DNA of 64,000 nucleotides, taken from assembly GCF_964188315.1 (NCBI RefSeq), contig NC_135658.1:28954001-29018000 (forward strand), given 5' to 3'. Position numbers and translations under genes: made by a program. Below are positions 12,095 through 24,092 of the stretch, piece by piece. The first letter of the stretch is position 1; every line of letters begins with the position of its first letter. The stretch is from Podarcis muralis (Eukaryota). The notes under the pieces are model-generated. The model saw only the letters and a list, made by a program, of their open reading frames with translations, ran no database searches and was not told the origin of the DNA.

Positions 12095-12830
12095 TCTTAT
12101 TATTAATTACACTTATTGGTTGCTTTTTTCATTTACAAAAAGTAAACTCAAAAAAGGGACGCGGGTGGCGCTGTGGGTAAAACCTCAGTGCCTAAGACTT
12201 GCTGATCGTAAGGTTGGCAGTTCGAATCCCTGCAGCAGGGTGAGCTCCCGTCGTTCGGTCCCAGCGCCTGCCCACCTAGCAGTTCGAAAGCACCCTTAAG
12301 TGCAAGTAGATAAATAGGGACCGCTTTATAGCGGGAAGGTAAATGGCGTTTCCGTGTGCGGCGCTGGTGCTGGCTCGCCAGATGCAGCTTTGTCACGTTG
12401 GCCACGTGACCCGGAAGTGTCTTCGGACAGCGCCGGCTCCCGGCCTCTTGAGCGAGATGAGCGCGCAACCCTAGAGTCGGTCACGACTGGCCCGGACGGG
12501 CAGGGGTACCTTTACCTTTACCTTTAAACTCAAAATTACTTAAAAATAATACAAAAACTAAAACCAATACAAAACTAAACTAGGATAAAAGCACCCCCCC
12601 CAAAAAAAATCACATACATAAAATGTTAGCTAATATATCCCACCCACTAAAGAAGGCCATCATATCTACAACTTTCTAAGCTAAAGGCGAAAAGCCTCGC
12701 TGAAATGAAACTTTCCCTCCTGGCACCTAAAAGTAGCTTCCTTGGGGAGAACATTCTACAAGTTGTGAGCCATCACTGAAAAGGCCTGTTAACGGGTTGC
12801 ACATTTAGATTTCGAACTCTCCAGCTGGTG
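12095..12830 (-). mobile_element. Old L2 3' end (host of the Sauria SINE at 12156)
   Basis: ggggagaacattctacaagttgtgagccatcactgaaaaggcc is the reverse complement of the RAFSV-A--LWN-LP motif. A-rich 3' UTR-like DNA flanks the SINE. Confidence 0.45.
12156..12524 (+). mobile_element. Sauria SINE, full length
   Basis: A and B boxes, (ACCTTT)3 tail, 11-bp TSD TAAACTCAAAA (12143-12153, 12525-12535). Confidence 0.95.
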
Positions 12831-13921
12831 TAACCAGTCAGAAGGAATTACAGCACAGAGCTCTACTACTAGTTTGCTATCCACCAAATCGCTTATTCTT
12901 CAGTTTGCAAAACACCTTATTTACATGGTGGGAAACTCAGCTATTTTCCAAACTGTGTAGCAGTTGCCACCTCATGAAATATAAAATTCCAGAACCTGCA
13001 TGGGACATGAACATGAAATCTTCCTTGGCTGATAACCTTAAGACATTATAACTTGGTAAAATTTGGAGAGGATATTTTGCTGCAGAGGCTATTTCAAGAC
13101 ATCCACTTCTCCCTGTGAATATGAGGTGGTCATTCTTCTGTGTGAAGCAGACTGTTGGGTGTGTGGAGCTGACTCTGGCTTCAGTAAAGACAGACAAACT
13201 TTGTTTCGCTTATCCTCATGATATTAATACATAGCTAAATATTCCCACTGTACGGTAGTCTGAAAGAGGCCAATGGCAAACATGTCCTATATGTTCACCC
13301 TCAAGAATAAATGCCAGCTTTTGTTAGAACTGTGATTTAGCCTCCTTCTTATGCTAAACCTTGTGTTGCAGTGGGGAAAGTTCAACTTCTTTGCAAGGCA
13401 GAAGTAAGTGGAGTTGTTAAAGATCCCACACCCATTCTTGCTTCTCTTAATGTGATTTAGCAGCGAAAAACAGAGGGAAGCCAGAGCCACGGAACCATGC
13501 AAGCAAGTAAAGTAACCCAAATACCCTTCTTGCCTTCCAGGAGGCCCTGTAGAAAACAAAATCCATTATACAGCGTGCAAGTTTTATGTTATCGAGAGCA
13601 GTGCGATTCTGATAAATTAACGCTCCATCCAGTGCTAGTCACAGTTCTCCTGCTGAGGCCCATGTCCAAGAAGTTCATGCTTCAGGTTTTAAGTGCAGTG
13701 GCTGTAACAGTTCCTCCAAGGGGATGCGATGCCTTATTCACAGCAAATAACTGGCTGACGGAAAAATAACCACACAGTTCCTATGAAGGGGAAACAATTC
13801 CAGGCCTATTCCCTGATCTAGAAGCACAGCAAAAATGCTTCCTCAGTTCTGTTTGTGCTAAGATGCTGAAGGCATCAGGACTGCTGAAGACTTTGGGTGG
13901 TATTCAACTAAATAGAATCTC

Positions 13922-14085
13922 AGAATCTTAAGAGCTGGAAGGGACTCAAGGCTCATCTTTCCCAACCCCCTGCAATGCAGAAATCTCATCTAAAGCATCA
14001 ATGACAGCTGGCCATCCAACCTCTGCTTAAAAGCCTCCAAGGAAGGAGAGTCCGCAACCTCCCAAGGGAGACTGTTCTACTGTCA
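13922..14085 (-). mobile_element. CR1 LINE 3' end
   Basis: agaatcttaagagctggaagggactc...ccatccaacctctgcttaaaagcctccaaggaaggagag is the reverse complement of a typical CR1 3' UTR and tail. Confidence 0.75.
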
Positions 14086-16189
14086 AAGTAGACCACTGAA
14101 ATTAATGAACATGGCTAAGTTAGGTCCATTAATTTCAGTAGGTCTACTCTGAGTTAAGCTTAGTTGAATATCACCCTTTGTTGAGCTTTGCAAATAAATT
14201 TTGCAGGCGCCTCATTACAAAGAGGGAAAGAGAGCATTTTAGAGGACGACAAGTCCTATTTCAGTGTTCAATTCACTTGCGTGCAAGCTCACAAGAGGGA
14301 GCAAAGGCACGCTGCCAATCCCTTCTGGTCTGAATCTGGGAAGCTCCTCTATTCATGCTGATTTCCCGCATGAATTAGACCCCTCTATGATGTTTTAAAC
14401 TGGCCCTCATTACCAAGGGCACGTAGATTATAAAAGCAAGACATCCACAGAATCATAGAGGGTTGGAAGAGACCCCAGGGTCCACAGCTCCCCACAATTC
14501 ACATGGATAACACCGAATCTACACAGTTGCAAATCCAGCAAGGCTAAACATATGCAGAACTTACTGCATACATAGCTCTCGCTTGCAGGATCTGGCCAGG
14601 GGTTTGAATACCAGTACTGTAGATGTTATTGGGGTTATATGTGCTTACAGTGGAGATGTTGGAATAGGACAAAGACGTCAGTTCTGAAATACACAAATAG
14701 AAACTATTAAATAAAATAAAAAGCTTGCTGTATGTGTATGAGTAAGCACCCCTTGCATGTGGCTCCTAACAATAGCATATCCATACCATACTTTTAAAAC
14801 ACATTTAAATCATATGGCTTCCCCTTAAGAATCCTGCAAATAACAGTTTGTTAAATGTGCTGGGAATTTTAGCTTTGCCGGGGTAAACTACAGTTTCCAG
14901 CTTCCACGTGCTATAAATGTGACTTCTAGGCTCGTACTAACAAAGGAGAAATGAATCTGGAAGTTATTTATTTTACAGCTGCAGAATGTGTTTCACTATG
15001 CATACGGCCACAGTGTGCTTTATTATAGAAAGACAAAGGTCACTGCGCTTTTGTGGAATTAGGTCTCTCTTTGATCTTTTACCGGCCTAGGGAAATAATA
15101 TTTGCTTTTCTTTCACTATTCATGTTATTACCTGAAAAGCGTTGCTTCATCAAACCAAAGTACACATACTATGCACAATAATCTATTGATTCTATTCCTC
15201 CTTCAGTGACTTTCCCATTTTCCCTCTATTATGCATTTTGCAAGGAGGGGATGAAAGCCTAACAGCCAACAAAGCGGTTACTTCCCATGCCAATGTTGCC
15301 TGATCCAGGCTGGGGCAATGTGGGAGTAACAGGAGACTGTGCCATCTGCTCTGCCCATGCCATCTGCTTCCACCAAGCATTACCACAAGCAGTGTGTGAA
15401 CCACCATGGCAGCAGCTGCCATTACACTCTGATAATGTATGTGTAACTCCAGTGGTACAGCCCCTCAGGTTTACCTACATCAGAGGTAGGTAAGTTACAA
15501 TGTCTGATCCAGCTCCTTAAGGAATTTTTCTACCTCCTGCCCACCAAACCCCTATCAATTTTGGTGGTGAAGGCAAAAAGAGTGGGAAAAATTAAGACAT
15601 TTTACTGGGGTAGGTGGAGCCCAGGGCACTGCCAGGGATTGAAATCACTCAGTCCCTGGTCATCAGATAATTTGATGAGTGGATAATTTGAAGCAGTGAT
15701 AACCCTCTTCCTCAGCTGATCTGCACAGATCTGCTGGCGTGTGCATGTGCACATGCTATGTGCCTGTTTGCATGCCCTTCCCCCATGTGTGTGAGAAAGT
15801 GCATGTGAGAAAGTGTGGGGTGACTACATCCACTGCTGGCATGTGGTCCCTGGAAGGTAGTCTAAGAGTGAATGCCACCCCTGTTCTGCTCTTCTTGTTT
15901 GATTTGTGTGGCTTGCGGAGTTTGGGGCAAGTTTCTGAGAGACTAGCCATGGATAGGCAGGGTACATTCTCTTGTAGAAGAATAGGCTAAGCAGCCCTGT
16001 TGGGATTTGTGGAGCCTTCCTGCTCATTCTGCTTAGTGAGCGCCTAGGCTTCGGCACTAAAGCCCTGATCCGATGCTACCACTGACACCAGATTCCCAGA
16101 GAGAAAGCTCTTTCTCTCTAGGAATCTGCTGTGGGATAGCAAATTTACTGCTTGGTAGGATTGCACATGTGGTTCACTTCCACTTAAGC

Positions 16190-16285
16190 CAGGCACAGCC
16201 AAACTTGGCCCTCCAGATGTTTTGGGACTACAACTCCCATCATCCCTAGCTAACAGGACCAGTGGTCAGGGATGATGGGAACTCC
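16190..16285. mobile_element. Truncated copy of the 136-bp hAT-type MITE
   Basis: The first ~90 nt are almost identical to 45901 onward. Right arm is missing. Confidence 0.8.
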
Positions 16286-17585
16286 CAGCCAGCAAAACCA
16301 ATAATCAGAGATGATGGGAGCTGTCCACCTTTGACTGTTGAGCCAATGGCACAAAATAATCAGGCTATAACCAATCTCCTCCCCAATCCTAGAAAGGAGG
16401 GCAACAGCTATGCCAGAGGGCAGTTCCTGGTGATGATGGTCACCTTCCTTTGAGTGCTGCTTGTAAAGGAGGGGGCGCAGTTCTGTTTAATTTAGCTAAA
16501 CCCAGCCACAGACTTTAATCTTCCTCGGCAATGCATAAAGGAGGACGCCTAGGGCATCAGAAGATGCTCTCTTTTTCTCAGTAACAGCAACGCAAAGAAA
16601 ATTATCCACATAATACAATATTAGCTGAAGCCAAAGTATCTGTGCAACCACACCTGAGAAGCAGTTGGAGAAATGACTGCTGGTTGAACAAAGATTCCTA
16701 CAGTTCCACAAGCAGTCCACTAGAGGCCATCTAGAGCTTGCATTCTTGCTCAACCAGCGTTTTCAGAACCCAAAGTACAACAAAAGAACAATTGCCTTAC
16801 AAATTAAAGCAGACTTGTTATATGGAGAGGGAGAGAAATACGCCAACTGTTTACGGGTTAATGGGTATCTATACTGGACCAAAAAACACAAAAAAAACCA
16901 CACACACACCATCAAAAACACCACGCCAAAACCCTTCTTTTAAAAAAGGAAGGGCAAAGTAATAGAGTGTTTTTGTTCTGTGCTTATGCAATGGAACTTC
17001 CAAACATTATGTATCAAATTCCTTTTTCATACATTATGTAACTGCATGACATTTTAAACAGGAACATGAAGAGACAAGCAGCTGGAGATTGAACTTCGGC
17101 AAGCATAGCTCACTGTTCCATTGGCCAGGGAGTAGCAAAACAAACAGACTTTCCGTAGTATACCAAGCCACAGGTGTTATACTGCCAGCCAGTTGCAGCG
17201 ACCTGTTGTCAGGCAGGCTAACAGCTTATGGGTCTGGGAAACACTCCAGCCCAATATTACCTATATGATTATAAGAATGGTTTAAGTATGATTCACTTCC
17301 TAAAGAGGTTGCAGGAGACCTTATGGGGGAGAGAGTAGCCTAAGGCATTAAATTGGTCAACTCAGTGGAGGTGTTGTCACAAGTCATATGCGTAGGATAT
17401 GACCTTAGGGCTTAGGCAATCCAGCCAATGTGATCCCCCAAAGGAATTGCAAGGAGTGTGACTCTCAGGTGCCATAGTTCAAGCCCAGATTAGGGTGGCG
17501 ACTTGCCTCAAGTATTGCGGTTGTGTTAGCTTAGTTGTGGTTAGAATTATTTAGCTATTTCCAACAAAACAAAGAAGGGTATGTA

Positions 17586-18021
17586 CCGTATTTTTTGCTC
17601 CATAAGACACACTTTTTTCTTCCTAAAAAGTAAGGGGAAATGTCTGTGCATCTTATGGAGCGAATGTGTGGTCCCTGGAGCCGAATTGCCCAGGTGTAAA
17701 AAGCAGATCCTCAGGATTTTTGCACTGGGTCACCCCAAATTCACCATCAAATCACATAGCATGTCCATGGCTACAGCCTGCACCAAAAACACACACGCAT
17801 CCACTATTTTGTGGGGCCGCAATGGTGCAAAAACGTGGTTACAAAGCACGAATACACATGTATTTTTGCATTGGGCTACCCCAAACTCACCGTCAAATCA
17901 CATGTCTGTGGCCACAGCATGAACCACAAAAATCATACATCCACTGTTTCGTTCAGAATATTTTTTTTTCTTGTTTCCCTCCTCTAAAAACTAGGTGCGT
18001 CTTATGAAGCGAAAAATATGG
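17586..18021. mobile_element. Tc1/mariner-pogo superfamily non-autonomous element
   Basis: TIRs ccgtattttttgctccataagac / gtcttatgaagcgaaaaatatgg, TA on both sides, internal ~146-bp degenerate duplication. Same family as 56614 in the opposite orientation. Confidence 0.85.
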
Positions 18022-20239
18022 TATATTGTTGCTGAAAACTGCTGGGATTGATGTCAGTGGTTGCTAGCCATTCAACAACTGCCCACTTCCACTATGTAGA
18101 CAGGCTGAGGTGGTGGTCTCTGCCTCTGTGCTGCTGCCCTCCCAATACTTACTAGTGAGGGAGAACTTTGCTCACCTCCTTCTGGTGCCCTATAGTGGTA
18201 GCTGGCGATTCCTGCCAGCAAAATATCTAACCAGCTGCCTCTATTGCTTCCTTATGCTGTGTTCTTATTTAACATCGTGCATCGAGTCAAAGCCTAGGTA
18301 ATACCTTCTAATAAGCTCATCTTAACCTAAAATTTTAAAAGAAATGGTAAGTGATGTGCAGGAAAATACACAAGGATAAGCAGATTATTTTAAATAAAAT
18401 TGGAATCTATTTTCTCAATACCTGTTTCACATTATTTTTTAAAAAAATACAGCTATTCACTTTCCATCTTAAAGAGGAAGGGAAGGATACAAAGAGAAGG
18501 ATATGGTAAAATCTTAAAGAAACATTCCTGCTTTCGTGGTTGCAGAGTAAAACTGCTAGATGTATATATCTGAAAAGTACTGAATGCAATAAGACAAAAA
18601 TAATCAAGTTTAGAACATGCACTGTTTCTAAATGCATCTCATGCTTCTGATTAAGTCGCCCTATCCATCTGAACATGTGAGGTTAACGACTCCAGAGATT
18701 TTGCTCATGCCAGATGGAAAACTTCACTGGTGTGAGAAGACTTGTCACACCTCCCATTGTGCCAAAAAAACTGAAATACTGCGAAAGGCAAAGGATTTGC
18801 TTCCTAAAAGGCATCACAGAAGGTGTGCAACTTATTTACCAGCCTTGGCATTGCTGCTACTTTGCTCACATAGATTTTATGCCAAGTATATAAGCACTCA
18901 GAATAACACAAGATACTTTTAAGGGCTCTTAGAAAATAGCTCGGGGAAATGAACAATGGACTACGATGCTTTACAGCATAATATAGCATAGCATAACATT
19001 ACATAACATATTACACATCCATTTTGTACTTGCTAGAAATGTTCTTTCTGCTCATAGCTAAAAATTATTTGATATTCCTTTAACTGAAGATTGCAGTTCT
19101 TTCTCAGTTGATGTGATCCCCATATGGATTAAAGATACAATCATATGAATTCTTACTTCGGCGTGAATCAAGCTGAACTCAGAGAGCATGCTTCCAAGTC
19201 AACATGCATGCCATACATTGGATGGAGTTGAGTTGCAAAGAATTAAGCTTGTCCCCCCCCCCCCCCCGATCTAGCGCATTATCTTTTACTACTTTGTAAC
19301 TTATCTCAACTATATGAGCTTGGCAGCCTGAGAATGAGCACAGGTGTTCAGGTACTATGTAATCCAATTAAAATGTTTAAAAGGAAGTTCTTTTTCTGTT
19401 GCCACAGAAGTTACACTTAACAGGCTTATAGTAATTAGGCAGCCTGGAAAGTTGCTTTGCACTTAGAAGTTTGCTGCCAGGAATATAACGAGAGACAAGC
19501 ACTGCTGTCCTTGTGTGTCCCGCAGCTGTTGTGGCTTTTTCCATCTGAGAGCAAGAACAGTTGCCTCGAGCATTTCAGAGGCATGCAAGCACACAGAAAG
19601 TGTTCATTAGTATTGGACATGAATTTTCAGTTATTGGAAGCAGATGGTTAATCCACATGGTGAGCGAGTCTTAAACCAAATCCACTGAAGAATATGGACA
19701 ATAATAATACAACCAAAGACACATTAACACTCTATGGCCCTGATTAAAATTTATACATGCAGAACCTAGATACTCTGAATGCCACCAATCAGCTGTTTGA
19801 TGAGGAGATAAAGGAGGTGGGAAGAGAATAAATCCAGTCTCAATACTATGTTCTTTACAGCTGATAATATTGGGAATATCTAACTGAGCTACAAACGTGC
19901 AGCTGCAACTACTGGATCAAGATAGGAAATCATCTGTGCAGCATTCATTTGCATGAGGGATTTCCAATTCAAATAAGAGGCGCTTAGTAGAATTTATTCT
20001 CACAAGTGTAAGATAATAATAATAATAATCCTCAGGTATATTTCTATGTAACTACACCATCCTGAATGGATGCTACAACCTATAGAACTGGCTTTGGGTG
20101 GAGGTGGAGTGGAATACAAAGGCTGTTATAAAATAAACATGCATTGCCAACACCCACAGTTCTATGACCTTACACATAAGATTCTTCATCAGAAAAGGAA
20201 CTCACTTCTAGATTTTTCCGAATGTTGACTGTGTGGAGA

Positions 20240-21020
20240 GTATTGCAGTTGGTTTTGACCTATAAAGCCTTATATGACTCAGGACCGCAATATCTCAAGG
20301 ACCGCCGCTGCCCATATGAACTGACCCAGACCTTGCAATCATCATCTCAAGGCCCTTCTTTGTGCACCTCCTTGCAAGAGGTCTGGAGGTCAGCAACACG
20401 TGATTGGGCTTTTTCTGTGGTGGCTCCCTGCTTGTGGAATGCTCTCCCCAGGGAGGCTTGCCTGGCACCTTTATTACATATCTTTAAGTGCCAGGCACTT
20501 AAGCGCCTAGGACTTGCCGATCGAAAGGTCGGCGGTTCGAATCCCCGCAGCGGGGTGAGCTCCCGTCGTTCAGTCCCAGCGCCTGCCAACCTAGCAGTTC
20601 GAAAGCACCCCCGGGTGCAAGTAGATAAATAGGGACCGCTTACCAGCGGGAAGGTAAACGGCGTTCCGTGTGCTGCGCTGGCTCGCCAGATGCAGCTTTG
20701 TCACGCTGGCCACGTGACCCGGAAGTGTCTCCGGACAGCGCTGGCCCCTGGCCTCTTAAGTGAGATGGGCGCACAACCCCAGAGTCTGTCAAGACTGGCC
20801 CGTACGGGCAGGGGTACCTTTACCTTTTTTAAGTGCCAGGCAAAAACATTTCTCCCAGGCCTTTGTCTAATTAAACAATATATGGCCTTTTAAATGTCGT
20901 GTGCCTTGGAGGGGGTAGTAATTGTTTTTGTTTGTTATTACGGTGTACATTTCTGGATTTTTATATTGTGAACTGCCCTGTGATCTTCGGAAGAAGGATG
21001 GTATAGAAATTTACTTTAAC
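20240..21020 (+). mobile_element. L2 LINE 3' end split by a Sauria SINE
   Basis: LVLTYKALYDSGPQYLKDR...DWAFSVVAPCLWNALP...IFKCQA, then resumes after the SINE as KTFLPGL. L2-like 3' UTR, followed by (CAC)n. Confidence 0.8.
20498..20827 (+). mobile_element. Sauria SINE, 5'-truncated
   Basis: Lacks the A-box head. 15-bp TSD TTTAAGTGCCAGGCA (20483-20497, 20828-20842). Confidence 0.95.
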
Positions 21021-21135
21021 ACCACCACCACCACCACCACCACCACACTATGGATGTTGCTCTGGGCTACTTGGAGGAAGGGTGGGATATAAATGCATTA
21101 AATAATGATTTACACAACAAACTTGTGTCCTGATA

Positions 21136-21350
21136 CAGTGGTACTTCAGGTTACAGACGTTTCAGATTACAGACTCCGCTAACCCAGAAATAGTACCTCG
21201 GGTTAAGAACTTTACCTCAGGATCAGAACAGAAATCATGTGGCGGCAACAGGAGGCCCCACTAGCTAAAGTGGTACCTCAGGTTAAGAAGAGTTTCAGGT
21301 TAAGAACAGACCTCCAGAACGAATTAAGTTCTTAACCCGAGGTACCACTG
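21136..21350. mobile_element. Tigger/pogo-like MITE
   Basis: TIR cagtggtac(t/c)tc...gaggtaccactg, TA TSD. Same family as 31834 and 38467. Confidence 0.9.
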
Positions 21351-22467
21351 TATTCAAATTCCTTACTTTGTCTCAAGTGGTTTGAGGATTGCAGCCCAAG
21401 TCAAAATAATAATTGGCAATTGCTCTAGTAGTAATGCCAAAAAAAGGGCTAACCACACTATAGAATACAAGCAATAGGTAAAAGATGTTTTATATGTAAA
21501 ATACAGTACCATCCAAGAAGAGGAAAACAGTAAAGAAAGTTTCTGTTAGTTAGAAACCATCATTCATTAAATCTTTCTCTTTTAACACTAAAGGCTGGAA
21601 ATAACATAATACTTCCGGAATCCTGCGAAACCCAACCACAATAAGTATTAAGGAAACAGTATTTTGGCTGAACAACCTAGAACATTTTGGAGTTTCTAAG
21701 CAATATTAGGGTGGCCTTGCTTGATCCAAGATTCTTCACAGTGGTGTGATTTTCCACATGCATCCACTTAGCATGTTGAAACATTGTACTGTTACAGCTG
21801 CCGAGATTTCTTACTACATCAAACCAGCTTTACTTATCCTTTCCTGGAACTGAGTTTCACTAGAATTCTTGAGATCACACAACAGTTTTATTACTGTATC
21901 CCTGTGTCTTATCCCATTGCAACACAATTCACCATTGTATATACAGCGTTTTGAATACGATAATGCCTGGGGCCCATTCAAGGCAGTCAGATTCTTTTAT
22001 GGAGCTCTTCTGGTACACAGCCAGCGTTCCTAAGCGGAAATTTGTAAATATGTTTTTGGCACCTTTTATTCATCGGAAGGTTCATCACTTCACTGCTTAT
22101 TTAAATCAGTCTCATGTTCTGTGATCCAAAGTGTGGTTCACATTGCTGTCTGTGAGGCAGAAAATTCACCTAAAAACTCCAGGAGCTGCTACTGAGTTAC
22201 TCACTTGAGATCTGCATGTGTATCGCTGAGTTTCAGGTTGCTGTTTTTAACTCTGCTCTTCAATTGACCAGCGTCTCCTCCTTCCAGCCTTAGCAATGCC
22301 TCTCTTCAAAGGCATCCCCATGACACATTACAGTTGTCTAGACAATATGTTAACAGTTCATTGACAAGTTGTGCAAGTGGAGCTGAGGCTGGCACAGCTG
22401 CTCCAGTGGTGAAAGGTTCTTCATGCCATAGAAGCTACTTGACAATTTATGGAGGGTGAGACTATCC

Positions 22468-22800
22468 GCGGGTGGCACTGTGGGTTAAACCACAGAGCCT
22501 AGGACTTGCCGATCAGAGGGTCGGCGGTTCGAATCCCCACGACGGGTTCGGTCCCTGCACCTGCCAACCTAGCAGTTCGAAAGCATGTCAAAGTACAAGT
22601 AGATAAATAGGTACCGCTCCAGCGGGAAGGTAAATGGCCTTTTCGTGCACTGCTCTGGTTCGCCAGAAGCGGCTTACTCATGCTGGCCACATGACTTGGA
22701 AGCTGTACGCCGGCTCCCTCAGCCAATAAAGCGAGATGAGCGCTGCAACCACAGAGTCGGCCACGACTGGACCTAATGGTCAGGGGTCCCTTTACCTTTA
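22468..22800 (+). mobile_element. Sauria SINE, divergent subfamily with internal deletion
   Basis: A and B boxes. 3' end ggacctaatggtcaggggtccctttaccttt differs from the other three copies. Probable TSD agactatcc / agattatcc. Confidence 0.9.
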
Positions 22801-22813
22801 AGATTATCCAATC

Positions 22814-23128
22814 CATGGGTCAGCAACTTTTTCAGCAGGGGGCCGGGCCATTGTCCCTCAGACCTTGGGGGGGGCAGACTGTATTGGGGGGGGGAGAACT
22901 AATTCCTTTGCCCCACAAATAACCCAGAGATATATTTTAAATAAAAGCATAAATTCTACTCATGTAAAAACACCAGGCAGGTCCCACAAATAACCCAGAG
23001 ATGCATTTTAAATTAAAGGACACATTCTACTCATGTAAAAACACGCTGGTTCCCGGACAGTCCACGGGCCGGATTTGGAAGGCGATTGGGCCAGATCCGG
23101 CCCCCGGGCCTTAGTTTGCCTACTCATG
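22814..23128. mobile_element. hAT-type MITE (~315 bp)
   Basis: Imperfect TIRs catgggtcagcaac / gtttgcctactcatg, perfect 8-bp TSD ATCCAATC (22806-22813, 23129-23136). Same family as 36108 and 60461. Confidence 0.9.
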
Positions 23129-23187
23129 ATCCAATCCATGGCTACTACTAATGATGGCTATGTATTATGCTCAAGTCCCATTTGTGG

Positions 23188-23260
23188 GCTTCCCAGAGGC
23201 ATCTGGTTGGCCACTTTAGGAACAGAATCCTGAACTGGACAGGCCTTTGGTCTGACCCAG
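23188..23260 (+). mobile_element. Retroposon 3' fragment (CATCTGGTTGGCCAC...GGTCTGACCCAG motif)
   Basis: Shares its motif with 330-420. Family not resolved. Confidence 0.45.
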
Positions 23261-23261
23261 G

Positions 23262-23390
23262 CGATAGAGCATGAGACTCTTAATCTCAGGTTCATGGGTT
23301 TGAGCCCCACGTTGGGCAAAAGATTCCTGCATTGCAGGGAGTCGGAATAAATGATCTTCATGGCCCCTTCCAACTCTACAATTTTGATTC
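23262..23390 (+). mobile_element. tRNA-Lys(CTT)-derived SINE with CR1-type tail, 5'-truncated
   Basis: 23262-23317 matches the 3' 56 nt of vertebrate tRNA-Lys-CTT as recalled (4 mismatches; anticodon CTT at 23279-23281), then gcattgcaggg...ccccttccaactctacaattttgattc, a CR1 tail. Confidence 0.75.
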
Positions 23391-24092
23391 AGGTTCTCTT
23401 CTTGTGTTCTTAAATTCTAGCTCTGTATCTGTTGAAGTAGCTTAACGATTTTGATATCCTCCCCTTGAGGCCTCTGCAAACACAGCTTGCATTCCATCCA
23501 AGTATGTGAAGGCAGAAGTCATATTGCTGGGGGCGTGTCTTGGCTGAAGTCCTATTGAATGCTGCATGCTATTATGAAAGATTTAGCACACTGTTGTTTT
23601 GATCATAAGAAACAAAAATGTTGAGCCTTTTCTAGGAATCAAGGTGTCTTGTACTGTATTGTGTGCCAAATCTCTAACTGTTGGGGGAGTACCAAAGCAA
23701 TGTTGGTTTTGTAAGTGCCTGGCCAACCATGCTCTCTACTTCAGAAAACCCTCTGGAGACTGAAGGCACCTGTCGTCCTCTGTGTTCTCTGCATCTGGAC
23801 TTTGTCTCAACACAAACCACTGCTCCCTCGCTCCCAACTCAGTCTCCCAATTTTCCAGGAATATGGTTCCCATGTCAGTAACTTGCCTTGCTATGGCAGG
23901 TAAGTGCTCTGTTGTAGCATACATACACGAGAGTTGGAGCAGGCTCTCCCTTTCTGGGGCTAATTTGAATAAAATGATATGCTCCAATGAATCACCCATC
24001 TATGATCCACTTCTCTGTTCTCTGCCCTTCTGTGTTGAATGTTCAAGGGTGCTGGAAGATAGGGAAAACCCACTGGTCACAATGGGTTACTT

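Noticed and set aside
20222-20632. 136-aa ORF
   Set aside because: Accidental fusion of an L2 C-terminus with an inserted Sauria SINE.
23262-23317. Functional tRNA-Lys(CTT) gene
   Set aside because: The 5' acceptor strand and A box are missing, the T-loop/B box is mutated (GGTTTGAG), and a CR1 tail follows.
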